A stretch of DNA of 63,979 bases, counting the filler, from Asterionella formosa (Eukaryota), in NCBI GenBank assembly GCA_002256025.1. It is 23 parts of 23 records of this genome, joined end to end, with 100 filler letters (N's around TTAATTAATTAA, not from the genome) between each part and the next. Parts side by side here need not be neighbours in the genome. Positions count along the whole stretch, not along the records: positions 1 to 18,767 come from NKIB01003958.1; positions 18,868 to 37,536 come from NKIB01003968.1; 21 more parts are not named here. One strand, given 5' to 3'. The number at the start of each line of letters is the position of its first letter. The stretch's first letter is position 1. The notes under the pieces are model-generated. The model ran no database searches. It saw only the letters and a program-made list of their open reading frames with translations, and had not been told where the DNA came from. Made by a program: the position numbers and the translations under genes. Below, in pieces: positions 11,346 through 24,154 of the stretch.

Positions 11346-14061
11346 CTAATAGAAGAATAGAATTGCAAGGATCACAGCAATAAAACCAATAAATTTGGAT
11401 CTCTCTCGATTGCGAAAATCGCGCCGGTGACCAGCGAGTCGGCCGCAATGCCAGTCAAATCGTAGACCAATGTTCCTCCATGCTCCTTTCTTAATATGTC
11501 CCCATAAGCGACCAAACTCCAAAATTATCACATACACATTCCCCAAAGAGCATGCAAGAATGCGAAACAAAAGAGGGTAAGTACCTTCTAGCAATGCTGA
11601 TCGGTTACCAAATCCTTCCCGGTCGAGAGTGTCAACGACGATATCCACAATACAAACACCAAGGCCAAAAAGCAAAAGCCGGAACAGGGATGCAAGTGAA
11701 TGATAGTATGGCGTCAACACTAGGAATACAATGAACCCGAGTGTTAATGATTCACTTGCATTTGGCCAAGATGCAAAGCAGTGGTCTGGGAATCGCGAGA
11801 ACAAAGCACAATCACCACAAGCCCAATTGAAGAAATGAGAGGATAAAGATAAAAACCCTCCTTTCCAAAAGGGGTGTTCCACAATGGCGGACGGGACAGA
11901 CTGAAATGCTCCACCGCCAAGTTGCTTTTCCATCCGTAAGCAAAAGTCAACATCTTCAACCCCCTCCTGTTTTTGCATAGTCGGTATCAAATCGCAGTGC
12001 TGGTACTTGTTTCACCATGATATTGGCTGTGACACCCCAAGCTGGATTCTTATAGTCGGCCATGGACGCAATCTCAAAGGCAAATGTCAAATAGCTCATT
12101 AACACCGCCGCATGAATCAGCTTAAGTGAAGACCGAGGAAACTTGACCATGCCAACAAGCCCCAATACTGGAACTTTCTTGTCCCTGTCGTGGCAGTGCA
12201 TCCAACTTCTATAGTTTTGGAGAAGCATCGGGTTTGGTATCACGTCATCGTCCAGAAACAACATATACTCCGACGCACTCTCGTCTAAGGCTCTATTCCG
12301 ACTTGCAGAAGCACCGAGATTGGTGGTATTGCAGCGTACACGAATGTTATTGCTCGCACCATTGCTAGACGAGCAACGGACGAGATAATCTTCCAAACAT
12401 GTGGCTGCATCCTTCAAAGTGCTCTTCATGTTGCCAGTCATTCCAAGAACATCTTCGGCGATCTCCTTCATAAGGATTGGGTTGTCAACTACCACGATGA
12501 ATGTCGTGCGCCAATCATCTGGTACTTTTAAGCTACAAAGTGTCACCAAATATTCAAGGTTGAGGCGGTAGGTAGGTATTCCAATATCCACAAGCATGAT
12601 CGTTTGTTTGCCAATGCTTGAATTTTCCAACAGGTAGGACCCAAGTGGATGACAGTCATTCACTACCCAGTCTCTCCAACCCGTTGCGTTGATTCTCTCA
12701 TATCGAGCCGGTTTCCCGTCGTTCCCTCCTGTTGTATTGGAAATTATGGCTTCTTTTAGGAACGGTGCAGCACCATATTTGAGGTACAATCTCTGAAGAT
12801 ACGGGTCTAGGTCCTGATTCCAAAACGAATGAACTCGATGTTGAGGTATCAATCCACCGAATATGGTCAAATGTTCTTTGCCTCTAATGCGAGATTTGTG
12901 AGTAAACGGATTCATTTGCTTTCGACTATTTATTTCGCATTCACTTTCAAATACTTACACCACGGGAAAAGTTGGAAACCCTGGGAACGAGGTATCGTTC
13001 CACCAAGGACATCCAAAGCCAAATGGACACTGAAGCGAATCCTGCACATCCAGAAACGCTCGATAAATGCAGCGATAGTGATAAGAACATTTGATATCAA
13101 TATCGTCACCTAAGAGCATCACCCAGCTAGCCCCACTTTCCCAGGCTAGCTTGGCCATCCGGTTCCACACAGGACAGATTGCAAATGGTTTTCCTTTCTC
13201 AACGGGTTCATTGATGATGATTTGCACCGGACAAGCTTGTCTGTGACTGTGCTTTTGAAAGACATCTAAAAGTATAGACACCTCATCACTCTCAGATTCG
13301 TCCTTGTCCACAGCCAACACGACCAAATACGTGCACAACTTGTCGTCTTCTAACTGACTGAGCATGCGGTCAATGTTCAGCCGTGATTCTTCCCCCAAGC
13401 GTAGAGTAATAAGGATTCCCTCTATTGGTCGAGTCGGACCAGCATTCTGCACTCCTGTCTCACTCAAGGCTTGCTCCCATGCAGTTCTGGAGATTTTGTT
13501 CAACTTGGACAACATGTCTGGCCATGAACTGATGTCACCAAGAGGAAGCAGTAAGCAGGGCCTGTCCTTTACCATAGTCTGCACCAAGGCTTCATGTGCT
13601 TTCGCACGTGCAAGAAGTGAGTTGGGGAGGGCTTGGCGTTCCAAACTTGTGAGTCCACATTTGTTTTCCAGGTCAAAGCGGACCCAATGATGAAGTTCTG
13701 ACAATACCGTGTCACCAACACTACGGCTGGTCACAACATAATGTACATCTACCCCGAGCCTTGCTTTGCAAAGGATCTTAAAGTCTTCAAGGGTAGCATT
13801 CGAAAGAAACACCATAATCGCAAACCAGCTATCACACAACAACTCGTGACAGGCTACCAATTCCATAATGGCATCTCTACCACCCCTCTCACTCCACCAG
13901 GTACTCACAGCATTCTCTGGATGGAACAGTATTGCTCTCATTGTTTCTTGGTCCTCATCAGGAAACTTCCGGTGAATGGTCAGGCCTAGATTTCTAGCAG
14001 CGACAGCCAGTGTTGTAGTGCCTGATCGATAGAGACCTAAATTGATAATGCATGTAGTCAT
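11346..14061 (-). pseudogene. Multidomain sulfotransferase-like P-loop + two GT2-like glycosyltransferase domains + C-terminal TM helices, about 879 aa if repaired; one intron (12958-12884) and a 1-nt frameshift at about 11958 (pseudogene or assembly error)
   Basis: IINLGLYRSGTTTL; MLLGDDI; spliced FPTFPV|VGKEHL; NLGASASRNRALD..MLFLDDD. KTGGG and EDVDFC are split by one extra T (GGT T GAA). Confidence 0.75.
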
Positions 14062-15096
14062 TATATTATAAGAAACCTCTGGTCCAAAAATATGAGAAGA
14101 GTACATTGTCACCTTCTAGCGCGATGTGTATTGAAGAGTCAGTACCAGGTACTGTACTTACTATGATGGGAATACATCATACATCATACACCATAGGACT
14201 TTTCTTTAAGTCCTCATGATAACAAGTAGGAATGAAAATTTCAATCAATATATCGGTGTACAACAGTGTACTATACCCACATAATAGTGGTACGTGATAC
14301 TCCGGTACCTGTTGAAGTATCTAACAAGAAGTAGTCTCAGGTAGTATTTGTTGAATATATGAGCTTACTAGGTAATCTTGATGTATAACTGGTTCGCTTA
14401 ACTGACACCAAAGTACCGGTATGCAAGTCTCTTGATATGCATTGAGTTCTGATGTATAAATATAAACCCAACCCTATATATATCTACGTTGATGCATGGA
14501 ATTGCTCACTCTCCCACACCGAAGGGAAAGTTCCGTCATATGCATGGTTTGTTGAAAAGTAACTGTACCATTGGCATATACTTGAATAATAGTATAGGGA
14601 CCTCATCCACAATCATCCAAGGTACTAGGATTATCCAATAGGATTAAAATCTCGTCACCTACCACCGGTACTTTGTAATCACAAAATCGTCAACGGAAAT
14701 TAGCATAACACAAACATTCATCAATTATTCCTTTTCGAAACTGATCTATTTATTGTAAATCTGTAATCAAAGGAATATTTAATACCAGGCACAGTATTAT
14801 CTTCCATTATAGTCGACCGTCGATATAGTGTATAGTATACATGCATATATAACATGCGTACCTACTGTAAATAGTCGATGAATTAAATTTTAGAGAACGT
14901 TATATCTAAACACATAATCGCACTAAGGATTTCATCATCCCTGTCCAGCATTCTCCCATCCCACCATATGGAAGAGTGAATTGCCTATTTGCAAAACAGT
15001 GTTTGCAATATGTCTGTAAATAAAAAACCGTTAGGCCTAACAGTTTTGCTGTAAGACTCACTGCCCCAAAAATTCTCAGTATGACATATTATTTTT

Positions 15097-15200
15097 TGAT
15101 TGATCATACAAAAAACTGATTGATCATACAGAAATATTGATTGATCTTACAGAAATACTGATTGATCATATTGATCATACAAAGAAACTGATTGATTGAT
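15097..15200. repeat. Degenerate ~21-bp tandem repeat (TTGATCATACAGAAATACTGA-like), about 5 units
   Basis: Repeated tgatcataca/gaaatactgat units are directly visible. Confidence 0.7.
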
Positions 15201-16424
15201 TAATATTGTTGCATTGATCTTACATATGCTTAGCATAGATCACATGCATGTTATGTAATATCTAATCGATTGCATTTGTAACATTAATAACAAAGCACAT
15301 TTAGTATACACTCATCATATATATATCAATGAGTTTTAAATCAATAGATCATACGATATGCTTATGATCAATACAGCACTCTCACTCTTATTATCAACTA
15401 ACTAGTTTTGGTGTTCGATCTAAAGATAGTAATTGTGAGATCAAATCAGTTGTTCATTCGATCTAACCTTTGGAATGCTAAAATCAAATAGAATTTTTAG
15501 CTTTCGATCAAACGTTCATTACTACTGATCTAACTTATTTCTCTCATTGATCAAACCTATAATCATCTTCGATCAATGATGAACACAAATCGAATTAAAT
15601 GGATTGCTATTTCATTCTCAAATATTCTACTTCTGGTCAACCATACTTTCCACTGTGCATCCTCTATCAGAATGAGCACACAGTGGTCTTCAATACCTTA
15701 ATTTTCACTTCTTCCGGTAGCTATGTTTAGATCATTGCCTTTTCAAAATAAAATGAGAGTAAACAAAATTGATGATGCTTTATTCGAACCTCTACCATTG
15801 CGAATGGCAGCAAGTCACATTCTCCAATGTTCTGGTATGACTTTCCTGTAAGAGAGAATAACAGCAATGTTACCAAAACTGTTGCATCAAGTAAGCAAGA
15901 CATCTAAATGTAGATATGTGCAACGAAACAATCACATGCACCTTTCATCACTCCAATTTCCGCATGAGCAGGCAATGTGCAAATAACTTGCCTGTGCTCT
16001 CATGGTTGATTGTTGCTTCCATTAAGAATGGTAGCAAGCCACATTCTCCAAGGTTCCTGTATGATTTTGAGGAGATAAATTCAATGTTAGCAAAAGTGTT
16101 GCAACGATTAAAGTATCTCCAGCCACAAATGTGCCACGAACTGATGACATAAACAATCTATATAACTTCACGTTCCAATCGACATAACGAGCATCAAATG
16201 AGAGTATAGTAACTTACCTATGCTCTCACTGTTGATTGATGGGTGACAGGTAGCGTTGTTAACCCTCACATCTGCATATATGGAAGGGAAAGATGTTATT
16301 AATGTCGAATTCCTAAATAATGGACACAGACACTACAAAGCCTCTGCAGCATTGTGCACAAACATATTAAGTGCGGTTTCTTACCTCATAATTAGGTTGA
16401 TTTTTATCGTTCGTCCTGAGGAAG

Positions 16425-16613
16425 TGTAGAAACTTTGAGTGGTAGCAGCGCACACGAACAGCGATACAATTTTATAGTTTGCTTCCGGTATCACACGGTA
16501 CCAATCATAAGACCCTTGGTAGTCACAGTTGAGAAGCAAAACAATCATATAACTAACCTCTTCTCACCGGTTGGTTTGATCCCGGTAGAAGGCTCGCCAT
16601 CACCATTCCCTCA
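16425..16613 (+). mobile_element. Possible Copia-type LTR remnant
   Basis: Purine tract GAGGAAG followed by TGTAGA, a CA end, and an internal hairpin CTTCT(C)ACCGG..CCGGTAGAAG. No pol and no TSD seen. Confidence 0.3.
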
Positions 16614-16793
16614 TCAGTTTGTTATGTGATGTCTGCATGTATGTCTACATTAAGCTCTAAAATGACCTATGCACTCCATAATTCCATAGAATTATAGTTT
16701 AAACATTGTAGTATGTTGTTCGCCCTTGATTTTCTATCCAGCTCAAGCTCTGGTTTCCCAGTCCACTGTATCAAATATCTCGGGCAAATCCCA

Positions 16794-17406
16794 TCAGGCG
16801 CGTTCCATGATATACCCCACAAAGTCAGTTCTATAGGCTGCTTCTTTAACGGCTGTGGGTAAATGACTTGCTGTAACCCATGTCTGGTTCAGCAGTAGGG
16901 TCGCCCGATGACCCGGTGGGAGTCGGTATTTGATTGTATTGTTGCTGTTGCACTTGAGACATGTTTGGACCAAACCAGCCAGTGCATCAAAGTCCACATT
17001 CAACTTAGCTTGCCATGGTAAATCAATGAATTCTGTCTCGTCATCTTGATGGGATTTCACATGATAAACTTGTACTTCCATTCTATTTTTCTTAGACAAA
17101 TTCATCGCTACCTGAATCAGATGATAGGCAGGACAAAAGGTCTAAGAGGGACAGATGTTTTTCCATTTTTAATTCATGAGACAGAGCCTTGTTATCAATG
17201 TAGACAGACACCCGACTTTGTGCTGGCCTCTCCATACATTTCCTGGAACATGGACCTGTAGATAAAAGCACATACACTGCCAGCATTGCTGCCAGAAAGC
17301 CCGTCACCTCAGGGCGTAGCGACGACATTTTTGACCCACCCCTGGGCACGAAGCCATACCCCCCTGCCTGAGCCTTGTTAACTCTACTTTTTCGAGATGC
17401 AAACAA
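16794..17406 (-). mobile_element. Degenerate RNase H region of a non-LTR retrotransposon (frameshifted)
   Basis: SSLRPE..G.LA, YIDNKAL and HVKSHQDD...LNVDFDALA RNase H motifs spread over two frames. Confidence 0.7.
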
Positions 17407-18767
17407 TTTCCTGGCATCTCCAGATTCCCAACAGCTATATCAATCTTCACAGATTCGAATTTGATCTTTTTATGCAGTAGTCATGTCCATTGTCTCTAAT
17501 GGAATTTATTTTTCATTGTTGGGTGAAATTCCAAAAGTGAACAATTGGCCTCATGTCAGTGGGCCATGGAAGGCAGGAAACTTGAGGCAAGAAAGGTAAA
17601 TTATCATGCTGCTTTACCAGTGGCGGAAGGGAAGATCGGAGCAATTGATTTTATGTTTGCATGGAAGTACCGGTGTCGCTGACCTTTCCCAGTCTTGTCT
17701 TCATGTCGGAAAAGTTGGAGTGATGTCCTGCCAACAGAAATCAGGACTGTGTTGCCCGATGATGACATGACATGTCACCAAAGTTCTTGTTGATGATCCA
17801 CATCATTGAAGATTTGTTGAGCTTCAGGTCATCCTCAAGCCTGACTTTGGAGTTGATATACTCCAACAACTTGTCAAAATGCATCCCACGGTCATTGAGA
17901 TGATAATCCTCCAAGATCCCCCTCCGAGGAGGCTAAAACAAAATAGCTCAATATTTGTGCATTTTGTGTCTTCCCATGCCGCTTCAAGTGGTTTGAACTC
18001 TTGTCAGTGATTTTAATGGAGCTTCCGGTTGAAGCGGCATGGGAGATCAATCAGTTGTTACAAAGAGCAAAAGAATGTGAACAACATGGTGAGTGACAAC
18101 AAAGCAAGCATTCTGATGTGATGATTTAATTTTTTTAGGGTTAGTGATAAACTGTAATGCTAGGCCTACTAAGGCTACCTGGTGCCCTAAAAAATTGCAT
18201 CCAGCCATACATACATATTTATTTTAGTTATGAAAATTTGTGTTAGATTACTGGTCATGGGATCAGCCAGGTACCCTGGGTTGTGATACATTTTCACATC
18301 AGGGGTTCACTACTACTATTTAGTGTGATGCATAGATAATCGTGCATTGCCCTTGTTTTCTTCGAGCTCCCTGGGTATTGTCCACTGTTTCCATCCTGCT
18401 TAGGGTCGTTCTTATCATTTTCGATTTGGTATCATTTTTTTTGAAAAAGTATCATGTAACGGCTACTCGATTTAAACCGAAAAAATCCATTCTCCACAAA
18501 TATAAAAATGAAATTGTATCACCAAAAAGTATCACGAAAATTCAACGGTTACGGGCTGGCTACAAACATGTGCTTTTCCTTCCTGACTACCGGTACATAA
18601 TGGTACCAAACCAGTCCTCAAACCATGCAAGAAATCTACGCGAATTATGTAAATGGACTACTATAGTCAATGGTATTTGCACATGTATTTGTTGTAGTCA
18701 CGTGATCATTTTCGTATTCTATTGCCTAGTACGTGCTGGACGAGAGATAGTAGAATGTACCGGTAGT

Positions 18768-18867
18768 NNNNNNNNNNNNNNNNNNNNNNNNNNNNNNNNN
18801 NNNNNNNNNNNTTAATTAATTAANNNNNNNNNNNNNNNNNNNNNNNNNNNNNNNNNNNNNNNNNNNN
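18768..18867. other. Artificial contig linker N44-TTAATTAATTAA-N44; recurs about every 1.26 kb from 37537 onward
   Basis: Identical 100-bp spacer with stop codons in all six frames. Confidence 0.99.
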
Positions 18868-20267
18868 AAAAATCTATGACAAGGGTGGTGAGATAGTATT
18901 TAGGAGGGGGGAGCAAAAGTTATCATAGCTGAATGCATTCGAAACTTGTATAGACAATAAATGGTGGCATACCATCATGGCTGCTCTTGGCTGACAGCTG
19001 CCAAGTCAAATACAAACAAAACGAGCAAGGGTGCACAAAAGACAGTCCAATTTTAATCGACTGGCTGATACTTAGTTGTGAGACTCACCATTCTGCAATG
19101 GGGTAGACTTTGATCATTGCTTCGTTCAAAGCACAATCAATTCGAATGCTGTCCAGTGAAACAGCCAATGAAAACAATTGTGGTGGCAAAAAAGCGCAGA
19201 ACAGATCAAGAGATTTCATAGGAATTAAAATAACAACAGCAGGGCATATATGATGCACTGCTCCTTGTGTAGACTAGCTATATTTGATCATTTCCATATT
19301 TCATACTATACAGGTGCATGGATGACTCCTCCCACCCTTTCATTAGATATGCAGCCATGTTGCGATAATTCTACAGGACCTATAGGATTGGTAGTCTGGT
19401 GGTCATCATTTCTGCATTGTATATACCAGTGGGAGTCATGTATGCATGCATGCTGCGATAATTGCTGGGATTAGAAATACGGAATGACTCGTCCCCTTTC
19501 AGTGATTCAATAGATCCTTTTCGATTTGGTGGCTGGCCAACCATCAATGTGGACAAAAGAAATCGGTAAGTGCTGCCAATCAGCCATCTTTGGATCAATC
19601 CACTACTGTTAGAAAAACTTACACATATGTGTTACTTCTTTCAGGATAATGGTAGACAAACAGTATTTGTAAGTTACAAACAGCAGTGTTGGAGCCCATT
19701 TATTGATCAATACTTTGCTTCTCATTCAATCTTCAACTGACACATTATTCTACAGAAATATGCATCAGTTACTTCCTCAATTTGTGGTAAGTGAAGATAG
19801 AAGCGAAATGCATGTTGTTGTGTAAGCAAAACATGAACAGCTAACAATGAATTGCTTCTCTTTGTTAGTATGGCTGATTGGAACAACAAAACGGATTCAA
19901 TAGTGTGTGAATGCAAACTCAGAACCTTCAGGAGTAAATGGAACAACGCAGGGGAACAATACAACAACCTTCAGAATTGGATTGGGGGGAATGTGGAAGT
20001 GAAAGCTGAAGCACCAATCATTGCGATGAGAGCATTGTAGAACATTCTATAGCCACTCAAGATATAGAAACATAAAACTATTCTTAAATATAGTTCTAAA
20101 TTTCGATCAATTTCATCCTATTTTAGACAGTGATATCGATGAGAATTACGATCATGCTAAGATAGATGTATGACAAAAGTATACACATCATATGACCATG
20201 TTTAACTAATTATATGATGCAATGGTATAATAACCATGATAGTATCATCATACTTTAAGCTCGGTAA

Positions 20268-20405
20268 AAGTTTACTGCATGATCATAATTATATGATACA
20301 TTGATCATATTTTTGATCGAAAAACTACCATATATGTAAAAATCCTGTGCCACTGAGCGTACAATACCCTTGATCATATATTCATGATAGTTTTTATTTA
20401 CAAAC
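20268..20405 (+). repeat. Dispersed AT-rich repeat, second copy at 51501-51640
   Basis: aagtttactgcatgatcataattatatgatacattgatcatatttttgatcgaaaaacta... is near-identical in two different contigs. Confidence 0.85.
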
Positions 20406-22332
20406 GAAGACGCCAAGGCACCATTCAACAATGATACCTTATCCAACGCAATGCCCCCGCTGTCCTGCTCCCCACATGTAGCATAAAACAGTGGGCGCTT
20501 TGCGCCCCAGTGCAACAACCCAAAGAACTCCACTAGTACTATAATCGAAGTTCCATAACGCGTACTTAAAAAATTTATTTGCAACTTTATTTATTGTATA
20601 CAGGGATCCGTAGCTTAGAGCAAGCCGCTCAATAGGGCGATTGAGCTAGAGAAAATCACGGGAGTCGAAAAAGCCGCAGAGAATTTGAATAATCGATTCA
20701 ACTATTTTTATAAATTTTTTGTAAGTCATGTATAAAAGCACTTGTGATGCATATTATTACACACCTTTGACTACACACTACTAGTTAGTACAATGCTGGT
20801 ATGTACTCCATACCAGTAATCACATATGATCATGCACACTATGAATGCGTGGCTGATGATGCTTTGTGCCTAAATAATTTGCTGTCGCTGTAGAAGTTAA
20901 TACCAAGAAAAATAAATATTATCGCTATGAGGCTAAGTTTCCAATCAATTTAGAAATATTTATATCAATCATCAAATATCATATGATGAGTAGTAAACTT
21001 CTAAACTAACCCTAATCCAAGTTCACCCTGAGCTTTGGTCGATCTGTTTCTTTGTATCTGATGAATTCCAAATCATTTACTTTGTAAAATCTGCTGAATC
21101 GACGCTATTTATTTAGTTTTCCGGGTTATTTCATTCATCAGATTTGGAGCAATAAGAGGCAGTGTCTATATAGGAATGCTTGGATGTTTTGTGAATATGC
21201 TCTATGTCCGCCACAGCCACCTTTTTCTTGTCACCATGGCTGGATAAAAACTTCAAGGCAATTTGGATGTAATTGAATTTTAGTTTTATGTTCTTTAAGT
21301 AAAAGATGACTATGAAAATTACCTTTCTGACCCCTTAAATAGGGATTATTTCAATACGCCTTAATATACCAGTAGTACCAGTGTAGTATGCAGATTATGA
21401 TAATTGATTTGGTTGTGCATTGACTTCTATTGAAGATTCACTGCAAGTAGCTACGCATGGCTGCAAGTAAGTGAATGACAGAACAGATTGCTGTCACTTG
21501 CTCATCCTGGTGCTATCTAAATAAATCTAAGTTTTGATCTGAATAAAAAGATTCAGCTGAAATGACATAGCTAGCAGATCAAGTACCATTATTTCAGGCA
21601 AGCAATCTATTGATATGAACAACAACTGATTAAAAATCTCAAACCAATTACCGGTACACAGCTGACTAGCCCTAGCCTACAGAATGCTCACAAAGGAGCC
21701 AGAATACTCAGAATTTAATTTGCAAAAAAGGTTTTGATAGCAAAACAAGGTATTCTACATTAAATGGGTCAGAGCTGTACATACAATATTCTCAATGGGT
21801 CATGGCAGTTATATACTGGCACCTGGTTGAGTACTGTGTATACCATATGCAGTCCACCAAAACTATTATATATATATACAATGTGTGTATATAATTGCGC
21901 ATGTTGTGATTGTACCGTTATTATTTTTGCTTTTGCTTTTTTTTTGCTTGTATGTGTATGCATAAAATATAGTGAGTAGAACGGTATTCAAAAACAAATT
22001 TTCGCGCCAAACAATGGTGTCAGTTTTCTGTGAGCGAAGTCTGGGATGGATACCTGGACCTGGTACCAGTAACGGTCAACGGTCAACACTCATACCTGTA
22101 TGTATATACAATGCTTCCATTGTGGAAGGAAACCATAAAAAATGCGTATGAAATTATATGTAGAAAAAAGGCGGGCACTGTAGAGGCTTGTGCAATTCCT
22201 GAGGGAGGCTAAAAGATTCTTCCTAACTCGTCCGCCTACATACTAATACCAGGAGAAGTTTTCGATTGTTGTCATGCATGTTCCGTCGTTATTTTCCAGC
22301 AACAAAAAGATCAGTAGAATAATCCCTTCACC

Positions 22333-24026
22333 ATGTCAGCTCCTTTCTCGCTTCACTGTTCTATTTGCATCGAGGCGTTCGATACCTCGGATCGTGTTCC
22401 CGTGGTCTTACCGTGTGGACACACATTTCTGTGCTTGCAATGCTCCAAACGCCTGAAGAGTTGCATGGAGTGCAGGACACCCCTATTTGTGTCATGGAAA
22501 GTACAGCCGCCCACTGTCCATCGAGTTTCTTCTTATGGTCGCACGTCAACTTATTCTGGCCAAGCTTCTATTATTTTGCAGAGTCAAACCACCCCGACAA
22601 TGTCCGCACTGCCGATTCCGAAGAATTTGGTTCTATTATCGCTTCTGGAAAACTCCAAGCGCGCGACAATAATCGACGAAGAATCTGATAAAGATTATGA
22701 TAGTGGCGACGACGATGAGCAGGTGATTCAAGGAATTTCCATGATGACAAGTACATGCGGCACCTTTGTTGTCAAGGCGAGAGAGGGACTAGTTATTGAT
22801 CCTGCATTTCCGTCGTTGTCAAGTCCATTCGCAACTTATGACAAAGAGAACCATCATAACGATCCAGCAAGGAAAGATGAAGGAGGCATAAAGTTGCAAA
22901 TGCCGCTTGTGGACGAACGTATGTTGGAGCTTAGCATTTCGAGAAGCAGCGTGGATGAAGTCGAAGCTCCACTTTTTTGCCGGCACCCGATTGATATGAA
23001 CGAGCACAGACTAAAATACGGCCAAACCGTCCAAGTCGTCTCTATTCAGAATGGAATTGCGAAGCTCGCCCGAGATCGGGGCTTCATCCAGGCAAAAAGT
23101 AACCAGCTGGTGAAGAGTAAGTTTCTTGTTTGAATCCCACCTGTCATGCAGATGGATCTGTACTTGTCTTGCTCATTTTTAAGTTGTTTGTTGCAGTTTG
23201 TGACCCCAAAGACCGCGCCTGTCAACTCGAAGCAACTTTAGAATCGTTGACTCAACGTAGAAAAGATATGTTACGAAAAATTGATCGCCTTGAAAAAATG
23301 GAAGCTAAGGTGGAGACGGAGCTCAACAATGCTCTGCAAACACCCTACGACAAACCATTTGCAATGGCTCCAGCATTTGAAATCGAGCAAGCGACGGAGA
23401 ATACCGCCGATTTCTCTGGCAACACTTCACCCAAAAGTCCGAAGAGGCACAACATATTTCCCAGGCCGCTGTCTATGAATTTGAGTTCTAGTGATGACAG
23501 CGTTGAAATGACCTCAAGCCTTGATTATTCACCAACCAATCCCTCCGAGCTTTCTTCAAATGCCGTGATATCGGCAATTAGCAGTGGGCGCGTCTTTCCC
23601 CCGTTTCCCCCGGGGAATGAAAACTCTGGTCTATCTATTCCATCCATTGGTTGCACCTTGCTTCCGTCGTTTTTTGACAACGAAAGCAGCGACGATGACG
23701 AGCGGGCCTCAGTAGTGCGCACACGCACACTGCAGCATAGCCCCCCTACCTCACCGTTCCCGACGACCACATCGATTTCCGGCAGATCCATTGACTTCCG
23801 TACCGGAATGAGTGGTCATTTGGCCTTGGCTAGCTCTTCTTCTCACGTCAGTAGAGCGGCCCAGACCAGAGGCGAGATTCGCATGATGGGTGAGCATAGA
23901 GGAATTGGCAGAATCCGACCCCAGCCTCGATCTGGTCCTCCCTCACCCATTGTCACGTCTGCGAAAACGGCGTCTCCCTCAGAGTATTACGACATGTTAT
24001 TCAACCACATTTACTCAGAGGAATGA
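22333..24026 (+). CDS. RING (C3HC4) finger protein, probable E3 ligase, 2 exons (22333-23116, 23197-24026)
   Basis: CSIC..PCGH..CLQC..CMECR. GTAAGT..CAG intron of 80 bp keeps the frame. Coiled coil and Ser/Pro-rich tail follow. Confidence 0.85.
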
Positions 24027-24154
24027 TTGGTATCGTACTAACGGGCACTACAGCAAAATGACACTCGCTGATTCCGTTAATCTAATGCATTCAACCAATT
24101 TTTGTGTGCAAGACAAATTTAGGACGCTTTCTAGAATAAGTATGTATAGAAGCA

